Shown: positions 16,851-25,797, counted from the first letter of the stretch. The stretch: DNA of 32,000 bases from Vibrio penaeicida (GCF_002933855.1 NZ_BFAQ01000025.1:24009-56008); one strand, 5' to 3'. A program made the numbers and translations. Notes: a model not told the origin generated them from the sequence alone.

Positions 16851-18377
16851 ATGTCGAAACTTACCCTTTACCCAATTGCTCTTATAGTGGTATTTCTGGC
16901 CCTTGGTCTGTCTCACTTTCACTATCAGGCTGAAAATATTCGCCAATCTACGTTGTCTACTTTGGAAGTACGCTCGAATTTGCTGCGTCTGTATGTTCGA
17001 TTGATGTCTGCTAAAAACACAGCAATGAAAAACTCAATTGAATTAGATGTTCAACAAAAATCGATTCTAAAAGCTCGGGTAGATCTAATTAAAGAAATCA
17101 CCTACTACCCCGAGTACAACACCTATGCACTCTCCGCATTTGATCAACCAGAATTAGGGGATTGGCTTAAAGGTACTCTAACGATGGATGTACCGATCCA
17201 ATCGTCAACCGACCCCATTGCTGAAGAAATTGCAGCAGTACTGTCTATCAATGAGCAAGCGGGTACTGTTATTGACGACTTAAAAATGACGGTTTGGGCT
17301 TATTACTTATCAAAGAATCGTTTTCTGTTTCTTTCACCGAAATTACCCGTCGAAACCTTCCAGTTCAGCGATATTTTGTATGAAAAGCCTTTTTGGACAA
17401 GCTTGTTGCCCAAGACTAACCCCGAAAGAAAGCAGGTTGTCACTGAATTGTACGATGACGCTGCCGGGCAAGGTTTGATGATCACCATTTCTGATCCTGT
17501 GTATCGCGGAGACGAGTTCCTTGGCATTGTTGCCATTGATATTGGGATGGATCTGATGACCTCTTTACTGAAAGTGGGTAAAGCACCTGGTGAATCCTAT
17601 TTGGTAGACGAAAACCTGCAATTAACGGCGAGCTTGAGTGCATTTTCTCTGGGAGACAAGTTGCCCATTTTGGTTTCAGATACAGGACAAAGCTGGAAAG
17701 AATCGAATGAAGGTTGGTTTTACTGCACACCTACTATTAGCAAAGAACTCTTTTTAGTTCATCGTTTAAAAAAGACCACGTTGCTACTGGAAGCAATGAA
17801 AGCGTCATCGACAGTTTGGTCTTTATTGATGGTGGGTTGTGTCCTTAGTATTTTATCTTTCTTTACCTATGTTTCCGCGAAGAAAAACAAACAACTTATG
17901 TTGGTCGACCCTTTAACTGGTCTCTATAACCGACGTGGTTTTTACTCTTTCATTCAGCCTATATTCCAGCAGTCGCTGCGCAACCAACAGAAATGTGGGT
18001 TATTGGTGATCGACATTGACCACTTCAAGAAGATCAATGATAACTTCGGCCACAGCGTAGGCGATGAAGTGCTCCGTTCCATTGCCACGGCTATTAAAAA
18101 GGTCGCGAGCCAGTCGTCTGTGACCTGTCGCTGGGGTGGTGAAGAGTTTGTTGTGCTCCTACAAGATACCAGCCTCGACCGTGCGCACTGGGTTGCGGAA
18201 AAAATTCATCTCGCTATTGCCAAAAATCAACACAGCATGAAATCCCTCACCGTGACAGTTAGCATTGGTTTAACCGTTAGTTCACCGGATGTTCAAGTCG
18301 ACGATATTATGAAAAATGCCGACATGGCACTCTATGAAGCAAAGAAAATGGGCCGTAACCAAACGGTTATTGCGTAG
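16851..18377 (+). CDS. Membrane sensor diguanylate cyclase (TM - periplasmic Cache-like domain - TM - GGDEF), copy 1
   Basis: N-terminal TM 'LYPIALIVVFLALGL'. Cache-like 'LYDDAAGQGLMITISDPVYRGDEFLGIVAIDIG'. Second TM 'VWSLLMVGCVLSILSFFTYV'. 'DPLTGLYNRRGF', 'VIDIDHFKKINDNFGHSVGD', 'RWGGEEF' (18135-18149). Confidence 0.9.
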   Translation: MSKLTLYPIALIVVFLALGLSHFHYQAENIRQSTLSTLEVRSNLLRLYVRLMSAKNTAMKNSIELDVQQKSILKARVDLIKEITYYPEYNTYALSAFDQPELGDWLKGTLTMDVPIQSSTDPIAEEIAAVLSINEQAGTVIDDLKMTVWAYYLSKNRFLFLSPKLPVETFQFSDILYEKPFWTSLLPKTNPERKQVVTELYDDAAGQGLMITISDPVYRGDEFLGIVAIDIGMDLMTSLLKVGKAPGESYLVDENLQLTASLSAFSLGDKLPILVSDTGQSWKESNEGWFYCTPTISKELFLVHRLKKTTLLLEAMKASSTVWSLLMVGCVLSILSFFTYVSAKKNKQLMLVDPLTGLYNRRGFYSFIQPIFQQSLRNQQKCGLLVIDIDHFKKINDNFGHSVGDEVLRSIATAIKKVASQSSVTCRWGGEEFVVLLQDTSLDRAHWVAEKIHLAIAKNQHSMKSLTVTVSIGLTVSSPDVQVDDIMKNADMALYEAKKMGRNQTVIA

Positions 18378-18520
18378 AGTCGAGTCATTTTGTCAGAAAT
18401 CAGAGACTAAGATGGAGAAGCTTGCTTGTTTCGGCTAAATTTAAAGAAAGACGACGACCATACCATTATCCAATAATAACCAATGCACCAAGAACTAAAC
18501 CATCAGCGGACATCAGTTTA

Positions 18521-20065
18521 ATGAAGAAAAGCTTATACATTCCTGCTCTTTTTTCAGCACTGCTCGCTGTAGTCGGTTACATTTACTACGAATCTGAAAT
18601 AGATGAGCTTAGGCGTGACGCTGTCAATACCGTGAATGTCCGTGCGGGGCTGTTCGAACAGTATTTTAAACTGATTTCTGCACACAATACTGGTCTAAGA
18701 AATACCATGATCCATTCATACCACTTTGCTGAAGAAGGGAAGATCAACCTGCCTCAGTGGATCAACAGTATTGAATATTTCCCCGAATTCGACACCTATG
18801 GTCTCTCTGCCTTTGATCACCCTAACCAAGCATCAAAGCTTAAAGGGACGCTGACAATGCTCAGGCCCTTTAATCCCAACGATGATAAACAGCGCTTTGA
18901 AATGACAGCGGTATTGTCTTTGAATGAACAAATCAGCACGTTAGTTCGAGAATTGGGTGTCGCTATTTGGTCATACTACATTTCTGCAAACAAATACCTG
19001 TTCCTTTCCCCAGAACTTCCAGTGGCAGAATTCCAAGTCAGCGAAGCCGATTTTGAACGCCCATTTTGGTTGCAGGCGTTGCCTTCTGTAAACCCTCACG
19101 GTAGGCAGTTTGTGTCTGATTTGTATGTTGATGGTGGTGGGCAAGGGCTAATGGTGACCATCACCGACCCCATCTGGGTACACGATGAATTTATTGGTGT
19201 TGTCGCAATAGATGTAGGGATAAATAGTTTAATCGATTTGCTGCAAGTCAGCAGTTCGGTGGGTCAATCATTCTTGATTGACGAAAATCGCCAGATTGTT
19301 TCATCGATGACTGACTTTGATGTCGGAGAAAAAATCGACTTCCCTGCCCCTTCCAAAGGTATGAATTGGATCGAAGATAGTAATGGATTTTATTTGTGGC
19401 GTAAGGTTGTTCCAAATGAGCTAGAACTGGTTCACTTTGTCAGCAAAGAGCAACTTCGAGACAAAGGTATCATGCACTCTATGACTGTGTGGACGCTTTT
19501 ATTAATGGGGATGGTTCTAAGCTTTAGTGCTTATTTCCTCTATGTCGCATTTCGCCGAAATCAACGACTGATGCGGATTGATCCGCTCACAAAAATCCAG
19601 AATCGGCGTGGATTTTTCGATGAATTGAACAGTGCCTATCCAGGGTTTGTGAACAGTAAATGTGAGGTTGGCTTGCTGATCTTAGACATAGACAATTTTA
19701 AGCCCGTTAATGATACCTATGGGCACTTGGTTGGCGATGATGTGCTGATCTCCATTGTGAACCGGATCAGCAATGTACTGCCTAACATCTCATCACTGTG
19801 TCGATGGGGGGGAGAAGAGTTCATGATTTTTCATCCATCGTGCTCGGTGGAAGAATTAGAAGAACTGGCCGAAAAAATACGCCATCAAATTAAAGCCATG
19901 CCACACAGTGACCTTTCGCTTCCTATCACCGTTAGTATTGGTGGCTACTTCGGACAAACTCAATCTAATTTCAATACAATGGTTCGCCACGCAGACCGCT
20001 CGTTGTATACCTCAAAACATCAAGGGAAAGACCAAGCAACGATTCATTGCGAAAACGAAGAGTAG
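18521..20065 (+). CDS. Membrane sensor diguanylate cyclase, tandem paralogue (copy 2)
   Basis: Same architecture as copy 1 and collinear with it ('Y.PE..TY.LSAFD.P.....LKGTLTM', 'LY.D..GQGLM.TI.DP......F.G.VAID.G'). 'RWGGEEF' at 19808-19822. I prefer the ATG at 18521 (MKKSLYIPALF, start of the TM) to the TTG at 18422 in the ORF track. Confidence 0.9.
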   Translation: MKKSLYIPALFSALLAVVGYIYYESEIDELRRDAVNTVNVRAGLFEQYFKLISAHNTGLRNTMIHSYHFAEEGKINLPQWINSIEYFPEFDTYGLSAFDHPNQASKLKGTLTMLRPFNPNDDKQRFEMTAVLSLNEQISTLVRELGVAIWSYYISANKYLFLSPELPVAEFQVSEADFERPFWLQALPSVNPHGRQFVSDLYVDGGGQGLMVTITDPIWVHDEFIGVVAIDVGINSLIDLLQVSSSVGQSFLIDENRQIVSSMTDFDVGEKIDFPAPSKGMNWIEDSNGFYLWRKVVPNELELVHFVSKEQLRDKGIMHSMTVWTLLLMGMVLSFSAYFLYVAFRRNQRLMRIDPLTKIQNRRGFFDELNSAYPGFVNSKCEVGLLILDIDNFKPVNDTYGHLVGDDVLISIVNRISNVLPNISSLCRWGGEEFMIFHPSCSVEELEELAEKIRHQIKAMPHSDLSLPITVSIGGYFGQTQSNFNTMVRHADRSLYTSKHQGKDQATIHCENEE

Positions 20066-20097
20066 TGAAAACGACGGTTAGTGACAATGAAGAGTAG
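20050..20097. repeat. Three degenerate 16-bp tandem units spanning the stop codon of copy 2
   Basis: 'cgaaaacgaagagtag' / 'tgaaaacgacggttag' / 'tgacaatgaagagtag'. Each unit ends in TAG, and the 16-bp period places a TAG in all three frames. Confidence 0.6.
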
Positions 20098-20170
20098 CAA
20101 AGGGCTGTTGATGTATGCGGGGGAAAAATCGATATGCAAGTAGCATGACCTAAGAGCTCATCTTACACAC

Positions 20171-20250
20171 CATGGGAACCTTGATTTATCTTGTGAGCCT
20201 TGGAGCTACCTTATGAACCTTGGAGTAACCTTATGAACCTTGGAGTAACC
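20171..20250. repeat. 20-bp tandem repeat: 3 clear copies plus 1 degenerate leading copy
   Basis: 'ttgtgagccttggagctacc' (20191-20210), 'ttatgaaccttggagtaacc' (20211-20230) and an identical copy at 20231-20250. A degenerate copy lies at 20171-20190. Confidence 0.85.
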
Positions 20251-20469
20251 TAGGTTTAAACCCATACATTTGAAATAACAAATCCGCAACAAGAAAACGA
20301 CATTGTGAGTGACATCTCGCCTGTAGTATCCAGCTATTACCCACCACTCTAATTCATCAGCAATCCTGAATACACAAACTGAACTAAAGACCTTGTGCGT
20401 TTAATCGATCCGTCTTTTTTCAGCATAGATTTTGTGAGAATAGCTCCTACCAATTAAGAGGAAAATAAC

Positions 20470-21027
20470 ATGGCTAAGATACTTCTACTTGCAGGTGATT
20501 TCGTTGAAGACTATGAAATCATGGTCCCTTTTCAAGCTTTGCAAATGGTTGGGCACACAGTGGATGCCGTTTGTCCGGATAAAGAAGCGGGCGACACTAT
20601 CAAAACCGCTATTCACGATTTTGAAGGCGACCAAACATACACAGAAAAACCTGGGCACAACTTCGCACTAAACGCGTCTTTTGCAGCTTCCGATGCTGCC
20701 GACTACGATGCCCTTGTTATTCCAGGTGGTAGAGCGCCTGAATACTTAAGACTGAACCCAGCGGTGCTCTCGCTCATTCAAGCATTCCACCAGCAAGACA
20801 AGCCGATTGCAGCAATCTGCCACGGTGCGCAGCTTCTTACTGCGGCTAACGTTATTGAAGGTAAAGGCGTATCGGCTTACCCAGCATGTGCACCTGAAGT
20901 AACGGCAGCGGGCGGTCAATACCAAGATATCGGCATGGACGAAGCCTACACAGATGGCAAATTGGTTACAGCACCAGCATGGCCAGCACACCCTGCATGG
21001 CTTGCACAGTTAAACAAGCTTCTGTAA
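20470..21027 (+). CDS. DJ-1/PfpI-family protein (YhbO/PfpI-like deglycase or protease class)
   Basis: 185 aa with SD AAGAGGAAA. '[14 protein letters not shown]' and the nucleophile-elbow '[11 protein letters not shown]' are typical of the PfpI/YhbO subgroup. Confidence 0.9.
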   Translation: MAKILLLAGDFVEDYEIMVPFQALQMVGHTVDAVCPDKEAGDTIKTAIHDFEGDQTYTEKPGHNFALNASFAASDAADYDALVIPGGRAPEYLRLNPAVLSLIQAFHQQDKPIAAICHGAQLLTAANVIEGKGVSAYPACAPEVTAAGGQYQDIGMDEAYTDGKLVTAPAWPAHPAWLAQLNKLL

Positions 21028-21230
21028 TTCGGGGCTATTGATCTTTGCTGGTTAAGGTGATTGATTAGGATCTGTTGACCCTAGTAAGGAATGACTCATT
21101 CATTGATCACCTCTATAAATTATGTGAGAACAAGTCCAGAATTTGATAAAGCGATGTTATCTCACAAAAATAACCATCAAAAAGGTGACCTACGCGTTGA
21201 TTACGCGGCGTACTTAACACTTCAAATCTA

Positions 21231-21262
21231 CAGCCAGGCTTTATTCTGGCTGTTTTTGCTTT
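21231..21262 (+). terminator. Canonical rho-independent terminator about 200 nt downstream of the DJ-1 gene, inside a spurious 87-aa ORF
   Basis: 'CAGCCAG gctttatt CTGGCTG TTTTTGCTTT'. Confidence 0.7.
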
Positions 21263-21386
21263 ATCATCGGACACACAACGACAGAAATTGGCAGAAGGTC
21301 ACCTTTGCAGGAAGCTTAGGAACCGGCTTGCTTTGGGAATCTTTAAGATTCTAGCTAGATAACCATCTCACAGACGGGAGACGATC

Positions 21387-21695
21387 ATGTGTGAAATATA
21401 CTCCGGAGCGGAAGAAGAACTTTTTGAATTAAAAACTCGCTCAATCCGAATTGATGGCGTAGTAACCAGTATTAGGCTTGAAGCCATTTTTTGGCAAATC
21501 ATTGAAGATATTGCCAAAAAATCCGAATTATCTATCGGGGCTTTCGTTACGCAGATTTACAAAGAAGTGTTAGAAAAACGCGGAGAAATCAAGAATTTTG
21601 CATCTTTACTCCGTGTAGCGTGTACAACTCATCTAAACAACGGGGAAAGAATGACGCTTTTCTCAAATATCGTAGCAAAAAAAGAGTTGGTGTAA
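21387..21695 (+). CDS. Ribbon-helix-helix domain protein (RHH_4-like)
   Basis: 102 aa with SD GGGAGA 6 nt upstream. 'TRSIRIDGVVTSIRLEAIFWQIIEDIAKKSELSIGAFVTQI' fits the RHH_4 pattern (S-[VI]-R-L-E..FW..L..IA....S...L...I). Confidence 0.7.
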   Translation: MCEIYSGAEEELFELKTRSIRIDGVVTSIRLEAIFWQIIEDIAKKSELSIGAFVTQIYKEVLEKRGEIKNFASLLRVACTTHLNNGERMTLFSNIVAKKELV

Positions 21696-21702
21696 CTCAT
21701 CT

Positions 21703-21747
21703 ATACTCAAACCACCTCAAGATGCTAGGTTCAGTGGTTTGAGTATA
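21703..21747 (+). terminator. Long stem-loop after the RHH gene; possible terminator
   Basis: Perfect 14-bp stem 'tatactcaaaccac' 21703-21716 pairs with 'gtggtttgagtata' 21734-21747. The downstream T-tract is interrupted ('agtcctctattgttatttt'). Confidence 0.45.
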
Positions 21748-21755
21748 AGTCCTCT

Positions 21756-21774
21756 ATTGTTATTTTATAACAAT
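21756..21774. promoter_or_regulatory. Zur-box-like palindrome upstream of the DUF1007/NicO pair
   Basis: 'ATTGTTAT ttt ATAACAAT' has perfect 8-3-8 dyad symmetry. The core TGTTAT-N-TATAACA agrees with the gammaproteobacterial Zur consensus GAAATGTTATAWTATAACATTTC (16 of 23 positions when aligned on the dyad). Lies 42 bp upstream of the ATG at 21816. Confidence 0.6.
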
Positions 21775-21815
21775 TGTCATAGTCTTGGCTAAAATTTAAT
21801 ATAAAACCAAGTCTC

Positions 21816-22472
21816 ATGCTAAAGATGAACATCGCGCGGCAAGCGTGTAAATATGCTTGCTGCTTATTCCTGATTTTTCTCTCCACATCACTCTCGCACG
21901 CTCATCCTCACTCTTGGGTCGATATGAAAACGACCGTACTTGGCGAGGGTACAAAAATTTCCGGATTCTCCATGGAGTGGACTTTTGATGCCATGACCAC
22001 CGCTTATATGTTGGATGGTGAGGACATGTCTGATCCAGTTCGTGAACAGACACTTAAGCAACTAGCCATGTCTGTTATCGATAACATGCTCTATGAACAT
22101 TACTTCACCTATTTTTTTGAAGCCGATAAACCCATTCGCTACAAAGAAGTATTAGACGCACAGTTTACTCATCACAGAGGTAAGCTGACTCTTCACTTTA
22201 ATCTGCCATTAACTCAAGAAAAAGACACGTTAGGTAAGTCATTAAAGCTCATGATTTTTGAGCCCAGTTATTACGTTGATATGAGTTGGAAGAAAAACAA
22301 TGCAATTCAGCTAAGTGCAAATTTAGAACAGCAATGCTCGGTTGAGCTTGTCGAGCCCTCCCCTACATCGGAACAAATGGCGTATGCACTTTCGCTACCA
22401 CCTGATGCGGACCCCGATAACACGCTTGGGCAACTGTTTACCCAACACACTTACATTCGTTGTGAGGGCTAA
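21816..22472 (+). CDS. DUF1007-family periplasmic protein, partner of the NicO-type metal transporter
   Basis: 218 aa. Signal peptide ending 'LSHA', then 'HPHSWVDMKT', the characteristic DUF1007 N-terminus. The start could instead be the ATG at 21825. Confidence 0.85.
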   Translation: MLKMNIARQACKYACCLFLIFLSTSLSHAHPHSWVDMKTTVLGEGTKISGFSMEWTFDAMTTAYMLDGEDMSDPVREQTLKQLAMSVIDNMLYEHYFTYFFEADKPIRYKEVLDAQFTHHRGKLTLHFNLPLTQEKDTLGKSLKLMIFEPSYYVDMSWKKNNAIQLSANLEQQCSVELVEPSPTSEQMAYALSLPPDADPDNTLGQLFTQHTYIRCEG

Positions 22473-22479
22473 TCCGGTG

Positions 22480-23391
22480 ATGAATTCTACTTTTAAATCT
22501 TCTCTATCGTCTCTTAAACCTTATGCACTCGTCTTAAAACCCTACGTGAAGTGGGTTGCGTTTGGCTTGATGCTCATCGCGAGTTATCAACTGTGGCTCA
22601 GCTGGCCAAACTTGGTACTCAAAAGCATCCAAATACAAAGAGATTTCAACGGTCAACTCAGCGATCTACTTTATGATATTCAAGAAAAGCAAGAAGGCGC
22701 TTTGTGGACTTTTTCTGTCGTCAGTTTGGTGTATGGCATTCTTCACTCTTTAGGACCGGGGCACGGAAAAGTCATTGTAACAACGTACCTTGTCGCTAAG
22801 CCCACACAAGCAAAAACAAGCTTAATCATCACAATAGTGTCTTCATTACTGCAAGCCTTGGTGGCGATTGCAATGGTTTCAGTTTTGCTGTGGTTATATA
22901 AAGCCTCTATGCGTGATGTTCATGCCAAAGCTGAATCTGCGATGATGGTGAGCTACTTCTGCGTATTATTGTTCGGCGTTGTTATGATTTATCGTTCGGT
23001 CAAGAAGCTAAGAAAGCCTCATCAGTGCTGTCACCACCACGCCCCAAAATTTGCAGACAACTGGAAAGAGATCATCAGTTTAATCTTTACAATAGGTATA
23101 CGCCCCTGCACGGGGGCTATCATGATTTTACTGTTCGCAAATATGGTGGGTGTCTATTGGGTTGGGGTACTAAGTGCCCTTTTAATGGCATTCGGTACCT
23201 GCTTAACAACCTCAACGATAGCAATGATGACTTTGGGTGGGAAAAAGCTAAACGGTCGCTTATTTGGTGATAAACACCATCACCATTCCAAATCCCCCCA
23301 TTACCTAGCCTTAGCCGGTGGCATCATCCTCGGTTTGTTTGGGCTTTTATTACTTCAATCTGGGGATGTTGCGTTCAGTCGGGTAATTTAA
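22480..23391 (+). CDS. NicO/RcnA-like divalent-metal transporter
   Basis: 'HSLGPGHGK' signature, about 6 TM segments, and His/Cys-rich loops 'HQCCHHHAPK' and 'GDKHHHHSKSPH'. I prefer the ATG at 22480 (or the GTG at 22477), just after the upstream TAA at 22470-22472. The ORF-track start at 22342 overlaps the upstream gene by 131 nt. Confidence 0.85.
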   Translation: MNSTFKSSLSSLKPYALVLKPYVKWVAFGLMLIASYQLWLSWPNLVLKSIQIQRDFNGQLSDLLYDIQEKQEGALWTFSVVSLVYGILHSLGPGHGKVIVTTYLVAKPTQAKTSLIITIVSSLLQALVAIAMVSVLLWLYKASMRDVHAKAESAMMVSYFCVLLFGVVMIYRSVKKLRKPHQCCHHHAPKFADNWKEIISLIFTIGIRPCTGAIMILLFANMVGVYWVGVLSALLMAFGTCLTTSTIAMMTLGGKKLNGRLFGDKHHHHSKSPHYLALAGGIILGLFGLLLLQSGDVAFSRVI

Positions 23392-23411
23392 GCCCTAGAA
23401 AGAAAAAGCGT

Positions 23412-23442
23412 AAAAAAGGGAATCATCGCATTTCCCTTTTTT
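23412..23442 (+). terminator. Rho-independent terminator after the metal-transporter pair
   Basis: 'aaaaagggaa tcatcgcat ttcccttttt t'. Confidence 0.8.
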
Positions 23443-23624
23443 GCCAATACTCCCCAAAAACTGCGTAATGGGAGTAGCCCTCATTACCAAGCCAGCGCTA
23501 AGCCCAGTATCAATCAGCGAGCCTTGCCACAAATAAAATGAACCCACACAAAGTTAAACGCCGTACGGTCTCCTTTTTGTAGTACATTCCGCTTTTCCCT
23601 CAGAGATTTTCTTCAAGGAAGACC

Positions 23625-25784
23625 ATGAAAAATAAGGCGTTCGCAATTGCGGCAGCTGTTGCTATCACTGGCTGTAGTTTGCCAGTTGAACCAGAGAATG
23701 ATACTCCAAAGCAGTTTGCTCAACACATCAAAAACATTGCCATTGAATACCCTGCCACCAAGCAAGTGAATGTGGTTGATGACTATTTTGGCGTAAAAAT
23801 AAGCGACCCGTATCGTTGGTTGGAAGATGATCAAAGCAACGAAACCGCCGAATGGGTAAAATCTCAAAATCAGGTAACGTTCGACTATCTAGAGCAGATT
23901 CCATATCGGCAAAAAATTGAAGATCGCCTCACAGAACTGATGGACTATGAGAAAGTCGGCAAACCCTTTAAAGAAGGGGAATACACGTATTTCTATAAAA
24001 ATGATGGGTTGCAAAATCAATTTGTTCTCTATCGACAAGTTGACGATAACGAACCAGAAGTATTCATCGACCCGAACACCTTCAGTGACGACGGCACCAC
24101 ATCAATGGCTGGAATCAGCTTCTCTGCAGATGGCTCCCTTGTCGCTTACCAAATTTCCGAAGGTGGCAGCGACTGGCGCAAAGTGATCGTACTGAATACC
24201 GAAACCAAAGAAAAAGTAGGCGAAACGCTCATTGATGTGAAATTCAGCGGTGTGTCTTGGTTGGGCAACGAAGGATTTTATTACTCTAGCTACGATAAAC
24301 CGAAAGGCAGTGAGCTTTCTGCTAAGACGGACCAACATAAGCTTTATTTCCACAAGCTTGGCACCAAACAGAATGAAGATTCGCTGATCTTTGGTGGCAC
24401 CGACGCTGAAAAGCATCGCTATGTTTACGGCTACACGACTGAAGACGACCGTTATCTTGTTATTTCGGCCAGTGTTTCAACCTCTGGCAATAAGTTGTTC
24501 TTAAAGGATCTGTCTAAACCAGATGCTTCCTTAATGCCAATTATGGAAAACGCCGAATCAGATACCTACGTGATTCACAGCGAAGGCAATAAGCTGTATT
24601 TGGTCACAAACCTGAATGCACCTAACAAGCGCGTTGTTACCGTGAATGCAGAAGCGCCCCAGCCACAGAATTGGCAAGATGTGATCCCAGAGACTAAGAA
24701 TGTCCTTCGTGTTTCAACTGCTGGTGATGCGTTATTTGCGAGCTACATTGCGGACGCGGTATCTAAGGTGAAGCAATACGATATGCAGGGCAAACTCATC
24801 CGTGAGATAGAGCTACCAGGTGTGGGAAGCGCAAGTGGGTTTTCTGGTGAAAAAGATGCGACAGAGGTGTATTACACCTTCACCAACTACAAAACACCCG
24901 GATCCATTTACTCGTTGAACATTGAATCCGGCGAAAGCACGCTTTATCGCCGCTCGACCGCTCCGTTCAAATCGGATGAATACGAATCGCGTCAGGTTTT
25001 TTATTCATCGAAAGACGGAACTCAGGTTCCAATGATCATCACTTACAAAAAAGACACGCCCATGGATGGCACAGCTCCGACTATCCTTTATGGCTATGGT
25101 GGCTTTAACGTGAGTTTAACACCTAGGTTCAGCCCTGCTCGTGCCGCTTGGCTAGAGATGGGAGGCGTGTACGCAGTCGCTAATATTCGTGGTGGCGGCG
25201 AATACGGGAAAGAGTGGCACAAAGCCGGAACGCAATTACAAAAGCAAAATGTATTTGACGACTTTATCGCAGCAGCCGAGTACCTCATTGAGGAAGACTA
25301 CACATCACGCAACAAACTGGCGGTAAACGGTGGCTCGAATGGAGGCCTGTTAGTGGGTGCGGTGATGACACAACGACCAGAGCTGTTCCAAGTTGCACTG
25401 CCTGCCGTTGGGGTTTTAGATATGTTGCGTTACCACACCTTCACCGCAGGCGCTGGCTGGGCATACGACTACGGCACAGCAGACCAAAGTGAAGAAATGT
25501 TCCAGTACTTGGAAGCATACTCACCTGTTCACAATGTGAAACCCGGTACTGAGTACCCAGCAACTATGGTAACGACTGGCGATCACGACGACCGAGTAGT
25601 GCCTGCACATTCCTATAAGTTCGCTGCAGAACTTCAGTCTAAGCAAGCAGGTAACAACCCTACGTTAATCCGAGTAGAGACAAACGCAGGTCATGGTGCA
25701 GGCACACCTACGAGTAAAGTCATTGAGCAATATGCCGATGTTTACAGCTTTACCCTATTTAATATGGGCGTAAAAACTCTATAA
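23625..25784 (+). CDS. Prolyl oligopeptidase (S9A serine peptidase) with a lipoprotein signal peptide
   Basis: 719 aa. Lipobox 'AITGC' at residues 13-17. N-terminal 'DPYRWLED' propeller-domain motif. Catalytic 'GGSNGGLL' (Ser), 'TGDHDDRV' (Asp) and 'NAGHGAG' (His). Confidence 0.95.
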   Translation: MKNKAFAIAAAVAITGCSLPVEPENDTPKQFAQHIKNIAIEYPATKQVNVVDDYFGVKISDPYRWLEDDQSNETAEWVKSQNQVTFDYLEQIPYRQKIEDRLTELMDYEKVGKPFKEGEYTYFYKNDGLQNQFVLYRQVDDNEPEVFIDPNTFSDDGTTSMAGISFSADGSLVAYQISEGGSDWRKVIVLNTETKEKVGETLIDVKFSGVSWLGNEGFYYSSYDKPKGSELSAKTDQHKLYFHKLGTKQNEDSLIFGGTDAEKHRYVYGYTTEDDRYLVISASVSTSGNKLFLKDLSKPDASLMPIMENAESDTYVIHSEGNKLYLVTNLNAPNKRVVTVNAEAPQPQNWQDVIPETKNVLRVSTAGDALFASYIADAVSKVKQYDMQGKLIREIELPGVGSASGFSGEKDATEVYYTFTNYKTPGSIYSLNIESGESTLYRRSTAPFKSDEYESRQVFYSSKDGTQVPMIITYKKDTPMDGTAPTILYGYGGFNVSLTPRFSPARAAWLEMGGVYAVANIRGGGEYGKEWHKAGTQLQKQNVFDDFIAAAEYLIEEDYTSRNKLAVNGGSNGGLLVGAVMTQRPELFQVALPAVGVLDMLRYHTFTAGAGWAYDYGTADQSEEMFQYLEAYSPVHNVKPGTEYPATMVTTGDHDDRVVPAHSYKFAAELQSKQAGNNPTLIRVETNAGHGAGTPTSKVIEQYADVYSFTLFNMGVKTL

Positions 25785-25797
25785 GCAAAAAGCCATT

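Noticed and set aside
18422-18520. 33-codon N-terminal extension of the second sensor cyclase from a TTG start
   Set aside because: The extension is basic and unstructured. The paralogue starts directly at its TM helix, and the ATG at 18521 reproduces that architecture.
20171-20250. Possible CRISPR array (also considered for 29521-29595)
   Set aside because: The units are directly abutting with no unique spacers. They are only 15-20 bp long with 4 copies or fewer, and no cas genes are nearby. They are simple tandem repeats.
21091-21354. 87-aa plus-strand ORF between the DJ-1 and RHH genes
   Set aside because: A canonical rho-independent terminator (21231-21262) lies inside it. It has no SD and an odd composition. 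The region is better explained as noncoding (see finding).
22342-22479. 46-codon N-terminal extension of the NicO transporter
   Set aside because: It would overlap the DUF1007 gene by 131 nt in another frame. The ATG at 22480 or GTG at 22477 lies just after the upstream stop and precedes the first TM segment.
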